A stretch of DNA of 62,307 bases, filler included, from Choristocarpus tenellus KU-1152 (taxonomy: Eukaryota > Protista > Phaeophyceae), in the NCBI GenBank assembly GCA_964200185.2. It is 13 parts of 13 records of this genome, joined end to end, with 100 filler letters (N's around TTAATTAATTAA, not from the genome) between each part and the next. Parts side by side here need not be neighbours in the genome. Positions count along the whole stretch, not along the records: positions 59,038 to 62,307 come from CAXNAD020021140.1; 12 more parts are not named here. One strand, written 5' to 3'. How positions within the stretch are numbered: the stretch's first letter is position 1; the number at the start of each line of letters is the position of its first letter. Positions 62,251 through 62,307 of the stretch are shown here, piece by piece. The position numbers and the translations under genes were made by a program. The notes under the pieces are model-generated. The model did not search any database and had not been told where the DNA came from. It worked only from the letters and a program-made list of their open reading frames with translations.

Positions 62251-62307
62251 TGTGAAACAGGTGGAAACAACCGACAGGTTCTTCGTAATGAAGGGGACCG
62301 GAAAGAC

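Overview
Eukaryotic genomic DNA that is rich in introns and transposons. It is probably from a stramenopile alga with a secondary plastid (brown-algal-like), inferred from an ASAF-type bipartite plastid presequence, TTAGGG motifs and GT-AG introns. The window is not contiguous: 13 contigs are joined by 12 artificial 100-bp linkers (44N-TTAATTAATTAA-44N), so no neighbourhood inference can cross a linker. Two complete spliced genes can be rebuilt by hand: a plastid-targeted NiCoT/HupE-UreJ-like metal permease and a polyprenol reductase. Partial genes are a kinesin N-terminus, an ABCD-type ABC transporter NBD, a TPR protein, an IRC3/RadD-like helicase, and an unannotated protein with three PGxxVxTx(F/L)GxG modules. 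The rest is mostly decayed Ty3/Gypsy, Ty1/Copia, RTE-like and CRE-like retroelements, hAT and piggyBac remnants, and a dense set of related non-autonomous TIR elements (mostly GRG...CYC termini, 3- or 4-bp TSDs). One of these subfamilies carries poly-G/C tracts and sits at many contig breaks. I see no CRISPR array, rRNA, tRNA or multi-gene novel system. The best leads are the MITE group and the repeat-module protein.
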